From Phoronis australis (lineage: Eukaryota; Animalia; Phoronida), in contig NMRA01000324.1 of NCBI GenBank assembly GCA_002633005.1, forward strand, positions 376,624 through 440,623: a stretch of DNA of 64,000 bases, in the 5' to 3' direction. Below, piece by piece: positions 12,318 to 26,860 of the stretch (position 1 is its first letter; every line of letters starts with the position of its first letter). The notes beneath the pieces are model-generated. The model worked only from the letters and a program-made list of their open reading frames with translations, was not told where the DNA came from and made no database searches. Position numbers and translations under genes: made by a program.

Positions 12318-14569
12318 CATTTACTTCTAGACTTATGGTGTAGATATCACGCGCTTTCAATGCCAAAGAATAACACAAAGCAACTTCTAATAGTCATCTA
12401 AGCAATCACCACTAGGGCCGTATACGACCCGATAACTATGGCAAGCGGAAGCAAAGTCAAAATTAAAATTAACTTTCTTATAATTGTAGTTAGTCAAGCT
12501 AGTAGATACATCAATTTTTTGCCCATCTAAATCATGTCTTGTCGCATCGAGTAGGCTAGAACTGGACCTTTCCTCCGAGGGGGGTTCCATCGAACCTCCA
12601 GTACCACCTCCCTTGCCACAGGCCTGCTTAGAAACCTATCGAGCCCCCGTACATGTATACTATTTTTAATATTGAGAATAATGTTAGAGAAACATTGAGA
12701 CAGGTTCTTATGGTTAATCCTGCGTAAAAGAAGCCTAAATTATCTAAGAGTCAAACCCACTGCATCTCAGCCATAAAAATTAATTTGCATTTTTGCAATA
12801 TAAGTTTGTAACATACTTGAGAAGAATCTAAGTCATTAAGTAATAGTCCACGAGAGCACCAGCCATCCAGCGGCAAGGTACATGTAAGGGTTAGCCGATT
12901 TTCACCAAATTTGGCACATAGGTAGTCCTATGGAATCTATAAACAGCGGTGAAATATTTTCTCAGAATACTGTTTTTTTCTAAAGTTATAGGCTCAAACA
13001 CACTTTACGGCTTCGTCGCCATGTTTTCACGGTATAAAAATTGTCTAGAATAACTGTTTATATTTTTCCTTGAATGAAACCTATTGATTTATTATTGACT
13101 TGGCATTGTTTAGTGGTGCATATAGATTGTCACACAGATGCCTTGAAACACGATTCCAATTTACCACCCTCATTTCGTAGTTTTACTACACTGCCCCCCG
13201 TTATGCCATTTTGAGGTTGTGTTCAGTACACTGCTGTACCAAATCTGCCCCCACTGCTGTGAGAATGAACTTAGCCAAAATGTTGACAAAACATGTTACT
13301 TTCATTAAATCAAATAAAAACTTTGTCAGCCAGTTTATTAGTTATACATTTTGGCCCCTCAAATGTACTAAAATGAGAGATTTTCATATACCTGAGATCG
13401 ATGCTTGAGCACCGTAAAATACTATTGTCCTTCATGTTTTTCGATATTTTGCAACAAGTTAGTTCCTCCTGAATGTTTTGAACGCGTTACTACTCACCAC
13501 TTAGGGCTATAGTACCCCTAATTACCATACATGCCTCCATTGTGTAAAAAGCCGATTATGTCCTCCACAGTGAACGGGGTTAGACATGAACTCGACAAAT
13601 GTAGATTATTTTGATTTACAGTTGTTATACCTTGCAATATCCTCATGGGTATTTCTTCACACATATTCAAGTCAGATTTTCTGTTGATCAAGTGTTCATG
13701 CAATGCATTTTAATATCAAATGAATGATGAGTTTGGTGGCATGACCGCAATTTTTCCCACGACTTAAAACAAAATACCGCAGAAATTTTCCCGATGAAAT
13801 ACCGGGTTTGCAGTTCTCTAAAAACATTAGAATGACAAGGAAAACTCCACCACTGTCCGTGGCAACTCGTCGCATGTTTTTCGCTTATCGGTCCTATCAT
13901 TGTTTTCCTTTGTTGTGTCATAGTTGGATATACATGTAACAACACAGGTCGCATGAATATAGAACCCTGCCTACATCAGACCGTTGCCGATCAGTGCTCG
14001 TCACTATATCTTTATTATAACAACGGGAACAATGAAGATGCTAATCTATTGTTCTCTATGCGACCAGATTTTTTGTGAATGACCACAGAAGAGGAATCCC
14101 AAAGTATCCACAAAAAATGACCACGCACCTTAGTAACTATTACCGCGCACACGAATCCTTTCCGTGGAACCTAAACACCAAATTTTTATATCCGTGTTCT
14201 GCGTTGTATTGCTCATGGTACAGGTTCAGACTCCGTTGTATTAAGGTTCCAATCCCCAACCCTGTAATATGTAGTTTGAGTAGAATTTCTAGACAATGCA
14301 GGTTTATGGATTTATTTTCCATTAAATGAAGAGTAAAAATCAAACTCTGCACTGGTTTTTTAAAAGTAATCACTTAGTGGAAGATCACACATCTAAAAAT
14401 AAAACAATGTTTGACAATTTTATTTATTACCTTATATGAAAATTGGCTACCTCACAGACAACTCATCTAAGTTCAAAATATTCCTTGTGAAAAAATATAA
14501 AATACCAAACAGAGACTTGTGTACGACAAAATATGTTTGCGTAATACAATGCAAAGATAACAGGCAGTC

Positions 14570-17041
14570 AAAAGTGCAAATGTTATGACTCTAATAAAAT
14601 GCCTTCTAGATCCAATTGCTACAGGACAGAGTCAACCACACGAAGCCCATAAAGTCATGGAATTACATTTAAGGTGATGTAGTCTCACTGCAAAAAAAGT
14701 GATTTTGCAATATCGCTGACAACACTGGAAATCTCTTCTTCACAAACTTGAGGTGGCTGTATTTACCACATCAATGTTCTTATCTAAACCAACCACCACA
14801 AAATGAAAAATTGGCTTATCGGTTCCAATTAGTCAGCATTTTACAATGAAATGGTCATGAAAAAAATACTTTTGCAACATGGTTTGCATTACAATTGCCC
14901 TACGATTACAGTTGTGCATACATACTGGACCAGTAACAAAATTACCCATGGGAACCATAAAATGGTCAATTCGCCAAAAACACATGGAGCCACCAGAGCT
15001 AATGTGCCAATACTTTTCAGTACTGCAACAAAAAAATCATTTGAAGTGGACATAAACTCGCCTAAAATCCTATAAAACAACTTTTGATTGAGACATTTTA
15101 CCATCATGAAATAGGTATTACTTCCAGGTCACTTTTGAGCAATTTCAGAACTCTGAAAGATCTGGCAATATGCAATTGCTAGAAACCAGTCTCAAAGTGT
15201 GTGATTTTATGCACATAGCATGGTCTCAAAGAATAGCAAATTGTCAATTCGCTACAATTCCATTAATCACTTCCCATCTGGATAAGGAACAAACTGAGCA
15301 AAATTTATAGAGGTAAATTTCCTAAATCAAAACTTATTACCTCATGGACAGAAGGTTTACAACCCAGGCAGAAAGATAAGTTAACAAAACCAGCCTAAGT
15401 GCAACAGGGGCTCAAATTTCAGCAATACATACATGTACCCATTTACAAACAAAAATCTATAATGGTAAATAAAATGCGGAAACATAAATTCAGATCAATT
15501 ACGCATCTTCAAGGAAAAGGAACAGTACAGTGGTCAGAAATCATCTTAATGTGATGGCCACACTGAGAAATCCTGTCAGATCAAAAAATCCAGTGGCTAA
15601 ACAAAATGAACAATGTACCATAACCATGTGGTCAAGGATGGTGATCCGTGCCTGGACAAAAATTCAGTCTAGGTAAATTTTAGAATTGTGCTGTTTGTAC
15701 AAGCAATTCTGCTGCAAACAAAGCTTGCAATAACACACAAGCCTACTTCTCTACACAGCTGTGCTGAAACAATAATGCCCCCACTGGATTTTGCAGATCA
15801 GCCAGAGTATTTACGGGTCCAGCCACTGTACTGTTTCCTCCCTTTGAATTTTTACAATGCTACATCCTTGACAATCGCAGATTGCCTCTTTCAATGCACA
15901 CTCCACTTCCTCTGTCCCAGTTTCCCCACATTTGTTGAGAGTGGTATACGCCAGTATGCTTTGGCAAATACTTTTTCCCCGACTCGTTCCTCAAGCTACA
16001 AATTCTCTTTGACATATCTTCTGGGAGTAGATTTTTCGGCCTCTCTCTAGCCCACTCACTTAGTTGTCCAGAAGGTAACTTCTTGCTGGTTGTGAACTTT
16101 TCCATACCAAACCTTTACCAATAATCGGCAGGTCTCCAACTTCAGCAGAAGCCACTTCTTCAGCATAAGCCTTTCCTGATTCCTAAAATTGTATTAATGA
16201 AAAAATTAAACATATGAAATTTAATGTGGCCATTCCGGCTCAGAAAATATGAATACCAAGCTAATGTGAGGGCACCAATATCTTTGACGCTTTAGCATGT
16301 TTAATTAACTTCATAATCGCAGAAATTCATTGGCAGACATAACATACTCCCTACTCTCTAAAAGTAGTTCATGGGCAGAAGTCATGTTACACATTCGGTG
16401 CTTGTTATGAAACGTTATGATGACTGCCTATTTTCTATGCCAATGTGTACATGTAGTCGCATAAACATAAACACATGTGAATAATATATGATTAAGCAAT
16501 AAGGTCCAAGTTATAAGCAACCACGGCGTGTCAATAAAAGTATTTTGCATGAATGACATGCTTCTAAATATTCCTCACGGTCAGACTCGGGAGTTTAGTG
16601 ATTCCTACCTGAGCTCACATGAACCAGGACGTTGAACCTTGACTTAACGTCTTTGGTCATTTTTCAGACCTCTAATCAGGTTTCTTCTCTAATGTGCAGT
16701 GGATGTTCTCAGTGTCTTTGGCGACGCCAATATATCTCGAGTGTTGTGACGATGATTCGGGCAAATGAATCTAATACGGTAGATTACGTAGCTCCTGCTG
16801 CACAGCTGCCTCCGAGGCAGACACTGAGACAGTCTTCTTCTCAGGAGGACACGTTCCACCTCCACATCAGCTCCACTTCTCTTATAAGGTGATCAAATGT
16901 CTCGCACTTTTGCTTGTGCATTTCCCAAGAATTTCCAAAGTTGTTTCTCTCCGTAATTTGTAAAAATACCACATTCGATGCGACTGGCAGTGCCAGATAA
17001 ATAGATAAATTGGCAAAGCCGCACTTTAGGTCAGCCATCAT
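14570..17041 (-). pseudogene. Decayed, probably spliced Cys/His-rich DNA-transposon accessory ORF (Zn-binding N-terminus, SWIM-like, YqaJ-like and PHD-like remnants)
   Basis: Across frameshifts: MADLKCGF..ICPNHR..IYWRRQRH.EHPLH (~16700-17040); LERGRKIY; GGIIVSAQLC..GLC..LFAAE (SWIM-like); PDG..PCYVHK (cf. PDG..EIKCPY); QVCEEEI..SLF..ICTFDC (PHD-like). Confidence 0.35.
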
Positions 17042-17559
17042 TCAACTAGCGCATTGTAAGCTTTAGTTTGGTATTCAGACGAGTTGGATGAACAAATTTA
17101 GTATAACTTCATATTTTAGTGGGACATGCTAGTGTCCTTAAAATTAATTAAAATCATTTAAGCAAACCGATTTCATTAATTGTTGTATTATACCACGTCA
17201 TTTTAATGTGTGGAAACGGCGCACATCTAGTGACTGGCTGTATAGTGGTGGGTGGATCCGTGGACTGATACTTAATACTGCACGGATCCACACACCACTG
17301 TACAGCCAAAAAGCGGCAAGGTAGTGATGACTTCATTAAATCAGCTGGTGCTGCTTTGACATTGTTAGTTAATCCAACTATTAAGCTCTACAATTCAGGA
17401 TTTTTAATGGCCGTGCTCCCACAGCACAGGATACTGAAAAGGCAAACGTTTAACTTAGTATTACAAATTATTGCAACAAACTGTATGTCGATTGGCATTA
17501 CTATTGTCATTCTTAGCCACTCTTATATTTTAAGTACCCAGAAGTAAAACTAGTAATAG

Positions 17560-18275
17560 TAGAAGCAGCAAACTTTCTGACAACTCAACTGTCAATTCCG
17601 TCGATTTCTTCGAACTATGATTTCTGACACACGGGGGTGAAATCTGTGTGAATGTCGCCATCTCTCGGTGAGACAGGTGAAATAATATTGCGTTTGGCGA
17701 CAGCCCTTTGCTGCTAGGTTTTTATCCCAGGAAGTAGTGTATACTAATGCTTTGACAGTACAGTAACGACATTGACCCTGTGCTGTCAATGCCGTACATT
17801 TTCAAGAGGCACAACCTGTGTTTTTGGGGAAAGCAGCACTGACACATTCTGTACAGACAGCGGATTGTTCGAGTTAGCAACCCACCCAGTTGACATTTAT
17901 ATTGCTACAAGTAGCGAAAGAAGAGAATAACCCCAGAGTCCTCCGGGAGTGGGGAGGTCGAAGAACTCAACGATCAGAATACTGCGTAATCAACTCAGCA
18001 AGTCACGGAACATCGAGACTATTTCCAAGACGACAGGGCAAACTACAGTGCAGCCACTGAATCATTAGACTTCGTTCAGTCTGCCTCACGCCTTGAAGAC
18101 CGGAGCGTAACCGGAACCCAGTCGCGAGATACATCAGCCACGGTCCTCTCACGCCAACTCTACGGGCAGCTCTCACGCTTTACTCCGGTTTGGTTAACGC
18201 TTTCCTCACGTTGTCCTCACAATTCTCTCACGCTTCCTTCACGCTTACCTCACGCTTTCGGTAGCTGTGGTAACA
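17560..18275 (+). mobile_element. Internally deleted PIF/Harbinger transposase remnant with CTCACGC-rich end
   Basis: AIS..DR..IILRLAT (cf. ISxxERLxxTLRxLATG) near 17657-17705 and RDYFQD..GKLQ (cf. YF...G.V.WQ) near 18015-18050. About 7 TCACGC-like motifs follow at 18085-18256. Confidence 0.45.
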
Positions 18276-18817
18276 TACCGTGATGGTGCGCAGGGCTAAT
18301 ACAAATAACAACTAAATCTGCGTGTACAGTAATCCGTTGTTTTGGCTTCTTATACACTGAGTTCTGGCAAACTTCGTAATTTCTCGTATTTGTCAATCAA
18401 ACAAACTACTTGAAGTCTTCTGGCTTTTCATTTATATTGTCCAATTTATTACTGCGATTTATGTCCCGTCAACGACTTAACCGTGGTGAGTAAAGACTTA
18501 CGTATTGACTATTCAGTACCCTAAAGTTAAGACGAACAAAGGCAATCATCTACTTGCGTCCACAGTGATGTTTACATGGTTGACGGACTCCATGAAACTC
18601 ATCACAGCTGGATATCTTAATTCCCTCTCAAATAGCCCACGCATCTTGCCTCACCACTCATATCATCGTCACTCCGTGGTTTCGTGCACAGCAATCGTGA
18701 CAAAGGTAATGGTAAATATAAAATCTTTGTTCGTGAAACAGAAAATTTCGATAAGCTTGCTTTTGGGGCTGACGAGCTCATGTTAAGTTGATTTATAGCT
18801 CCATGCATTTAGAACTT

Positions 18818-19177
18818 CGTCCCCATATACTCCCAGGGGAATTCTTAACTAAAATAACAGTATTAGTAACCTCTCAGACTCGTCAATTGGTCGTGACCAC
18901 ATTCTCCGTATGATCCCGGGATTAGGGATATATGGGCGCAGAATTCTCGCGCTAGGCCCTAGCTTATCGTGAAGACAATTGAATTATTCCGTCAGCCATG
19001 CGTGTGTCAAAATTGATGATATGCTTATTTCAAAAACATCTATACGAGCGAGAAATTATGTCCTGTGGTCATGAAAAGACTTAAGATCGATAAAGGATTT
19101 GGCCATTCGCTCCAGGTAAGGATTTCCGAAAAAGAGTTAAAACTCACATGAGCAAAATTCTATGGGAATATGGGCCT
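18818..19177. mobile_element. MITE-like remnant
   Basis: Imperfect inverted ends CCCCATATACTCCCAGGGGAATT / AATTCTATGGGAATATGGGCC. Confidence 0.35.
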
Positions 19178-20655
19178 CTCTGTTAATTACTGAGATAATT
19201 TCATCAATTAGTGTTCGACTGTGATGCGCTCATAATTACTTGACCAAAACGAGTTTCTGTCGTTTAGTCTCTTTTATGAAACGGACCCAGAAACTGCATA
19301 CACATGCATGTCAACAGAAATAATTTGTTGTACGGGACTATTTTGGCATGCCACACAACTTGTTACATCGACGTTCCTCACTATTTGTATACATTGAGAT
19401 CTGATTATTTCAAGAACTTTATGCAGCCGCTTGTAAAACCTATTTGGTCGAGCTTACCAATTGCAGATTTAATTGTAAAGTTATGGTAAATGTTACTTCA
19501 CTGCAGGTTGCATGATTTCAAAGTGAAATCTAATGAAATCGTCACTGTCATTGCCAGAAGTTTCCCAAATGCATATCTCAATTTTACATCATGCTATTCT
19601 GTAGACGAATTACTGGTGGTAAATCAAGGGGTGAACTATACTTGAAAAAATACCAGTTGAAAAGATGAACGAGGGAAAAATTCGCATACAAATTACCCCT
19701 TGGATTATCCATTACAAGACAAGTTAGACATGTGATCAATATCAAGCACGATACTAATTTCAGCTAAAATATCTGCACATTACGTGGAAGATTATCAGTT
19801 CTGATAGTTTAGCGATGTCTGTGATCCACTGGCAAGTGCAAAGTGTACCCCTGGATTTTGGTGCACTCTGTACAATGCTAAGAGTGCGAAATAGTTGCTG
19901 AAAATAGATATATGCGAGGTATAATATAGCTTACATTAAACCGAAAACTAAAAATGATAAGTATCTAAGATGGTTGACAAAACAATCACTATAATAAAGG
20001 TATTACAAAATAAAATGATGCAAAGGTGGACGAAAAAGGGCTGACTAAACAAAGGATTGATACGGTTGAATTATCGGATAAACTGGCTAACAAAGATTTG
20101 ATTTGGAATTGTAGTGGGTACAACTGAATATGCAATTTACATAAGAATCCAAATGAACATAATTGTCGTGTGATCTGGTAGCTTATTTATTCAACTATCC
20201 ATAAAAGTTTTGAATATCAATTATCTCATCAATCCAAATGAAATTAAACCAACTAACATACTCATATCCATTAAATCTCGTCTTATATGTTCAGGATAGC
20301 CGAATCAAACATATTTGAACTTTGAAGTTGTAGGAAACACGTAACCTCTAGGCTCAGTGACAGTGGCATGCCGCGGCACTATAGGGTGCTATAATTGCCT
20401 ACACAGCAGTATTTGTGCAAGTTAGGACATGATTTGATCTTCACTGCTGACGCTGTATTTTTTGACAGTTGGCCTCGTCTTGATACAAAGAAAAACATAC
20501 GAAAGCGGTGAAACTTGAATTTAGACTTTGAAAGCCGAAGCTCTCTCATACACCCGCGGTCAGTATACTATGTGTATTCTGCTGAGATTGTAAAAATATT
20601 AATACGAGAGAGTTAATTGAGCAGTCAGAAACCAGCAATATTGTTAATCTGCATA

Positions 20656-21483
20656 CACCAAACATCACGAATTTTTGTCAGACCGGTCGGAAATTGGTCG
20701 AGGACCGGCTGTCGACCGGTCGGCAAATTAGCCGACGGGCTGGCAAAAAATTAGCCGACCGGCAGCCGCCCGCAGTGCCGACTCATAAGGCGACTGCCCA
20801 GCCGACCCTTCAGCCTACCGGCCATCAGCCGACCAGGTATTTTTGGCTAGAGTAGCAGTTGCGTAATAGGTTGTCAGGCTGATACCACTTTGCGGGTGGA
20901 TGCATATTCGACCTAGCATAGGGTCAAATAAATTAACCTAGTTTTACTGTCTCGGCTACATTAGTTCACATCGGCTCTGTAACACCACTAATTCGAAGGT
21001 TGAAGGCAAGCGGTAATAGTAAACATAGGGTTATGGTAAATGCAACAACTTTTGGATAAAAAAACGTGAAAGTTTTCTTTACATTTGATCTTTAATTTGA
21101 CTCGTGACGTTAACAAGCTGTATTAGATAGCCTCCTTTCCGGTCAATACAACGCTGTAGTCATTTTGTAAACGTAGCTATTTTTGTCAGCCTTCGCCATC
21201 AATTGATTTTGTTTGTGTAACGCCAAACTGCACTTTTTGCTTTTTGAATTTATTCACGGTTCTCCTATCACACACCCTTGATGATGGGATAGTGAGCGAG
21301 TTGTTACACCGCAAAGAGCTCTCACTCCCGGGATTTTATTTTCATATTGACCCAATTGCACTACGACGCGAAATTCACGGTCTTCGATGGCTCTAACTTC
21401 TAAATCATACTAAGCTTGTGATTTCCACTAACTTAGAACGTGATATCGAACACGGAATGACCACTGTTGAGGCAACAGCCAAT
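20656..21483 (-). mobile_element. CAG-TIR family copy D, terminal part of a right arm (same orientation as copy C)
   Basis: TA|CACCAAACATCACGAATTTTTGTCAGACCGGTCGG. Collinear with 50200-51090. Confidence 0.9.
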
Positions 21484-23239
21484 AGCAGATTTGCAGCGCA
21501 AACGAACTACGCATTGCGTATGTGCGAGTTGCTTCCTGCGCGAAGACTCATAGGATTTTTTTTTGCTTTATAATACCAAGCACGTCCTTTGTCTCGTTTG
21601 TAAACACAGCGTAGCTATGATCAGTGACCGTGTGACCGAGGGCACGACTGTCGTCATGTTCAGTATTGGGGCTATCGGCGTTGATTTCGAAATCCCCTCC
21701 GGCTTCAGACACGTTGAGAGTTCTTGGGTTGCTTAACTTGTGTAGCTTTCGCCGTGGATATGCTAGAGACGTTTATTTTCAGAGGAAACTCCGTCGGAAT
21801 GTTCGCTGCACACACGATGGCCCCTAGGCAATTACAACATCGCACTGGATGCCGAAGGCATTCAGGGGTGATAGTACATCCTCACAAAAAGTTACCCATT
21901 TCAAAACACAGCGAATAAAATCAAATGAACCATACATATAGGAACACGGAGTTATAATTAATACGTCATACTACGACTCTGGATACAATTTAGTGGATGA
22001 AAATCTGTCGCGGTTTGCTCGAGTTTCTCTCAGTTACCAGGTGCCATTTTGAGGAAGTTACGTGAAATTACGCATGTTGTCGAATAAAAAGTCCAAGGGA
22101 CACACATCTTACAAGTTTCAGCCGATAACTTCTCATGCTAGCGTCACGCGCTTAGCTCATTCTCGCGCTAACCTTTGCCTAACTCACGTGATTCAATTGA
22201 CATGCTTTGTGGTTATCGCGCACGCGGTGATAAAATTGACGGCAACCAAAAAACTGGAGTTGTAATTCTTCGCCAAAGTCAACTTAAAGTGGCATGGACC
22301 GCGAAAACTCGTGAAAAATACGTTTTAAACAATCCCTAACCAAAGTACCTTCCTTCAACCTTTACTAAAAAGTTATTCACTTCCCCCTGAGAAGGAATTT
22401 CCACAAAAAACGACCCAATTCATGTTTTTTGAAAGAAGTACGAAGAAAAGCTTGTATGGTAACCACTTATACCTGCCTATCATCCTTTCACTTATTATAA
22501 TTCCCGCATGCGCTCAGTCATTCGACAAACGAACAGCTGATTCAGTGTCAAAAGTGTTGTGGAGTGAATACTTTGCCACCCAATGTGCTTTATACCTCGT
22601 GCCGTGTATTTTGTGCCTACCTCTACGATTCTTCATGATTGGACCATTACTTGAGATTTGATCATGCTGATCTGCAGTGGACTATTATTCATTTACACTA
22701 CGTGTCAGAGAACGGTGCTGCGCTAATAATCGCTGACGCAGTTTTGGAAGACAATACGAGACAAGATGTCGGACAGTGGAAAGCTGGGCAAGAAAATGGG
22801 GCGTTCGTCTAAGCTAACCGACTCAGTTAGAAAGAAAAGAAGGCAAGACTTGCACCTGCAAGATAATAAACGACGCATTTATCAGGGTACAGAGCACTGC
22901 CGCTGGGAATCTCTTAGAAGTGAGCTATCCGTCACTAATTCCGAGCTGGCCAAACGATAGCTTGATCATGCGTAAGTACTTGTTCGGTCCTGCATACTTC
23001 GGTAGTTATCGGGACATTGCGCGGCCTCAGGTTATTAACATCACCTCGATCCAATAAAGTAATGTTCCGAGAACTCACTGAGAAAGTGAAGAGTGTTGAA
23101 AGTTAAACTGTCAGACATAAAATTCACCGAGTTGCATTGTCTGTTGACATTTAAGCTAAGCGGCTAAGCCTATACTTGTGGTTAAGCCTATGACCTACTT
23201 ATAACATATATTGACGACTTGTTTAGTTGTTTGCAGTTG

Positions 23240-24030
23240 GTAATTCTTGAAACACTAAGAGAAATGGCAAAGCATTATTACTTTGAGATAGTACCACCGT
23301 CTCAACTGACTGCAGTAGAGATGGCAGTTGTCCAATAGGCCCTCCACCAGTTGGAAGTTTATTGGCGAATTGTGCACGCCGCCACATTGATTAAACCATC
23401 AAAGTCATGATGCTACAACGAACTTTTGCAGATAGGGGGATACCTTAGGGGAATGGTAATGTCTTAAACTCTTCCCAGCTCGGTCAAATATGAACGAGCA
23501 TTAGGAGTCAATTTTCTGTCCTTCGTTACGGTAACAAAATCATGGACTGACCATTTTTGGGAAACTGGCCCAATTCTGTATTGATTGAACCATTGCTGTA
23601 GCGTTTTGAAATTACATTGAGATCGACCTCCATGACGGAGTAAATCGGTCATTAAAGCACTACACTGGTGATCACCAGAGTGTGCTAGTGCTTGAAACTT
23701 GGCTGCACGTGTTGTACCACTCATACGTGTGCAAAATGATATTGTAGATGAACAAAGAAACGAATCAGAAAGAAATCTTGATTACCAAAGTATTTGTTCA
23801 AGTTGGAAGGAATTAAAGATATCGACAGCCTCCTAAGGTGACCATGTCTATGTTATAAAGGTACTTAAGGCAGCATGACTTTGATGGTTTAGTTTGTGCG
23901 AGGTACGAGTTGCCAAAAGGCTTCTTGCTGCCCCTGGAACCCTCTGTGCCACCAGTTATGGCCCAGTTCAGACAGCAATTCTGTTATATTGGCAAGCTGT
24001 GCATTTTGCCAGATTGAGTATTTGCAAAGT
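23240..24030. mobile_element. Old foldback/MITE in a Kolobok intron
   Basis: TAAACCATCAAAGTCATGATGC (23392) is inverted against GCAGCATGACTTTGATGGTTTA (23870), with weaker flanking inverted similarity. Confidence 0.5.
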
Positions 24031-25521
24031 AGGTAGAAAGTCATGTCTCATGGATTTGTAGCCTTGCTATCTTGTTGTATCTTATTTGCAGACCTATGTA
24101 TATTGACATTAAGTGGTATTATGATCAGAGATCAAGAGGCCTACCATCTTCAAAGATATTATGCGAGATCTGGAAGAAAATCCACTGCTAAAACCCCATT
24201 AATCAAAATTTCGCTGCCCTACAAAGGTTAACAAAGTAAAAGCACAAACGTTCGTTGATCAATTTTCAAAATTCAAAAATACATTAACTGAGGATATTTT
24301 TGGTAACAAATTCCAATTCGCAACAAGAAATTTAGTAATGAATTGCACTCGCATTTTTTGTGATGGTTATTCATGTAGTTTGGTTGTTATTATGGCGGCG
24401 AATTGTACCACCTGTATGCTTTGACATTTGTACCTGTAGTTAATAACTAGGTTATTATAATTTCATTTTTGCACTGTAGGTATGAAGTGGCACAAAGTGA
24501 AAGATTTTCAACAATGCATGTCTAGACAAGTGTCCACAGAGTCAGAACCTAAAGCCGTATCAGCAACACCTGCAACTCCCCAGTTTGTTCAAAGGTATTT
24601 TAGAAATTATTTTTTCAGTGAAAGCATATTGTCTACACCTTCACCTACTAGTATTCGTGTCTACGACAATACATGACATGGATAATTGCATTTGCTGAAA
24701 ACTCCAAGTCAGTTTTTTGTGAGGGTTACTAATTTAAATTAAATCATTCCAGCTTGCCATTGTTAGAAATATTACTGAGCTTGCACTCATTAAGCCTTGG
24801 GATGTCAAGAGTGAAAATGTAAAAGCCGTAGGCTTATTTGACCATGTCTCTCACAATTATGAGCTTCTGAACTGTACCAATTGAAATATCCCTGTTTAAC
24901 GAGAACATGACAATCAAACATGCAAGCTTCGATTCATATGTACAAACCATTATTCATAATAACACTTGAATCGCAGATAAAAACCATATCAAATGTATGA
25001 ACAGAATTCATGCATGTAAACCAACTTGAAAGATAAAACAAAAAAGCAGGGGTATGAAGTAATATCACATAATTACGTAAACATTTTCTAGTGATGGTGG
25101 TCATCATTCGTTTTCCCAAGGAGTCTAGCACTAAGCAAAATGGCAACATGAAATGTATCTGTAGAAGAACTATGTTCTTACATGTTATTTGTATATCTGA
25201 TTAGTTATTTTTTGTGCATGACTGTCCGTTTGTACACATCATGTTGTGGTTCGTATGTATAAATGAAGCGTTCTTCCATATGGTGCAGTGTTTTGTGCGT
25301 ATGACTCAAAGTCTGTACGTATGACTGCCTGGCACCCTTGATTAGTTGCTGACAAATGTTGAGCTCTTGGCAACTTTCTTTATCACCTAAATGTGATTAT
25401 GGCAATGGTATATTTTCAGTGGGTTTGAGCTTTCTGGAGTCGATGCAATTGATTCTGTCTGTGACGACGAAGCCTTGATGTTTGTATCCAGGCCATTCAT
25501 TACAAAGGTGATGTGAAAGTA

Positions 25522-25742
25522 CTGGAGCCAGTTCCAAGAAATTGACAAGATCATTTTTGACTTAAGTCTAAGATTTGTCTTTAACTTCCAAACTTTGAAA
25601 CTTCCAATGTTGGTAAGTTAAGACAAAACTTATGTGTGAAACACTTTCTTGAATTGGTTTTGAGACAAATTTAATTTTATTTTAAAATTTACTAAAAGTT
25701 AAATTGTTTTAGCTAAGTCAGTTCTGTTGGAACAGGCCCCTG
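25522..25742. mobile_element. MITE (Harbinger-like ends) in a Kolobok intron
   Basis: CTGGAGCCAGTTCCAAGAAATTGAC / GTCAGTTCTGTTGGAACAGGCCCCTG, with internal inverted AT-rich arms. Confidence 0.55.
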
Positions 25743-26721
25743 ATCTTTAAAATTTGAGAGAACTAGTCAGTGCTCATGAATTATCCTGACAACAAACTAT
25801 TTAGTGTTCTAACTGATGATTGAATTGTGGAAGATTTTGTGCATATATTTCGCATGGTATATTCCAATAAAATGGATTTTTCTACATGTCTGGTATGGTC
25901 AGGAATGGTGTGCACAGGTTTCTCTTCTAAGCATGACTGAATTTTGCAAACTCTGTTTACATGCACTGTATATATTTTTGATTTGCAAAGATGTAACTAA
26001 AAGTAAATACATCAAAAAGGAGATGGGCAGCAGTTTTGGTGACCCTTTTGACTAAATAGCACCTATTAGGTATGGTTTTATAGGTCATCCTGCAAATAAT
26101 CTTGTCATATTTGTGTTTTTAACGTGACACATTGGTATTCCCAACTTATTTGAATATAGTGTGGGCAGAGTTGAATTCAATGATTGCATTTGCACATACA
26201 TGTCTTTGCACGGAATTAGACATTTTTTCTTTTTTGAAGTTGATTGATGTAAAATTTAAAAGTTTATATTCAAAGGCAACGTTGGGATTTTGAGGAGTTT
26301 TTATCAGTAGCATAGACAAACCATGGAATTTGTGACATCAAGTCATAAGTGCGTGTTCTGGATAGAATTTCCTAAATCTGTTTTCTGAGTTCTAAATATA
26401 GAGACCATGCGGTACATGGATTGTTTTTTATCATAACTTAATCGTGGTTAGGCGATATGTGGTGAAATCCAATAAATACAGACTGATCAATGCTTTAATA
26501 GAGAAACACTCAAACATTTTTGAATTTCTATATTACAGGCTGTTGATTGATGTTTCTGAGGACCTAGCATGTGATGACCTGGACGATAATTGTAAGTGCA
26601 ACATAACAATTGTGTACACATTTAAATTATGAGTTATCCAATTTTTAATAAAAATACATCATTATTGTTCAGTGCTGACAATGTTAATGTATTTATTGAA
26701 ATATATCTTCTACTGACGATT

Positions 26722-26860
26722 GGTCATAATAGCTCAGCGCATGGACAGCAATGAATCTCAGGTTGGAAGCCCTGACAGGACAGAAATCCTTTCACAGTAC
26801 TAACCATTAGGTCCTGCAAAATGACTAAAGAAGGCATCGTAAGGCGTCATCAAATGCTAT
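26722..26860 (+). mobile_element. Possible degenerate tRNA-derived SINE head
   Basis: A-box-like TAGCTCAG at 26729 and B-box-like GGTTGGAAGCCC at 26761. Confidence 0.3.
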
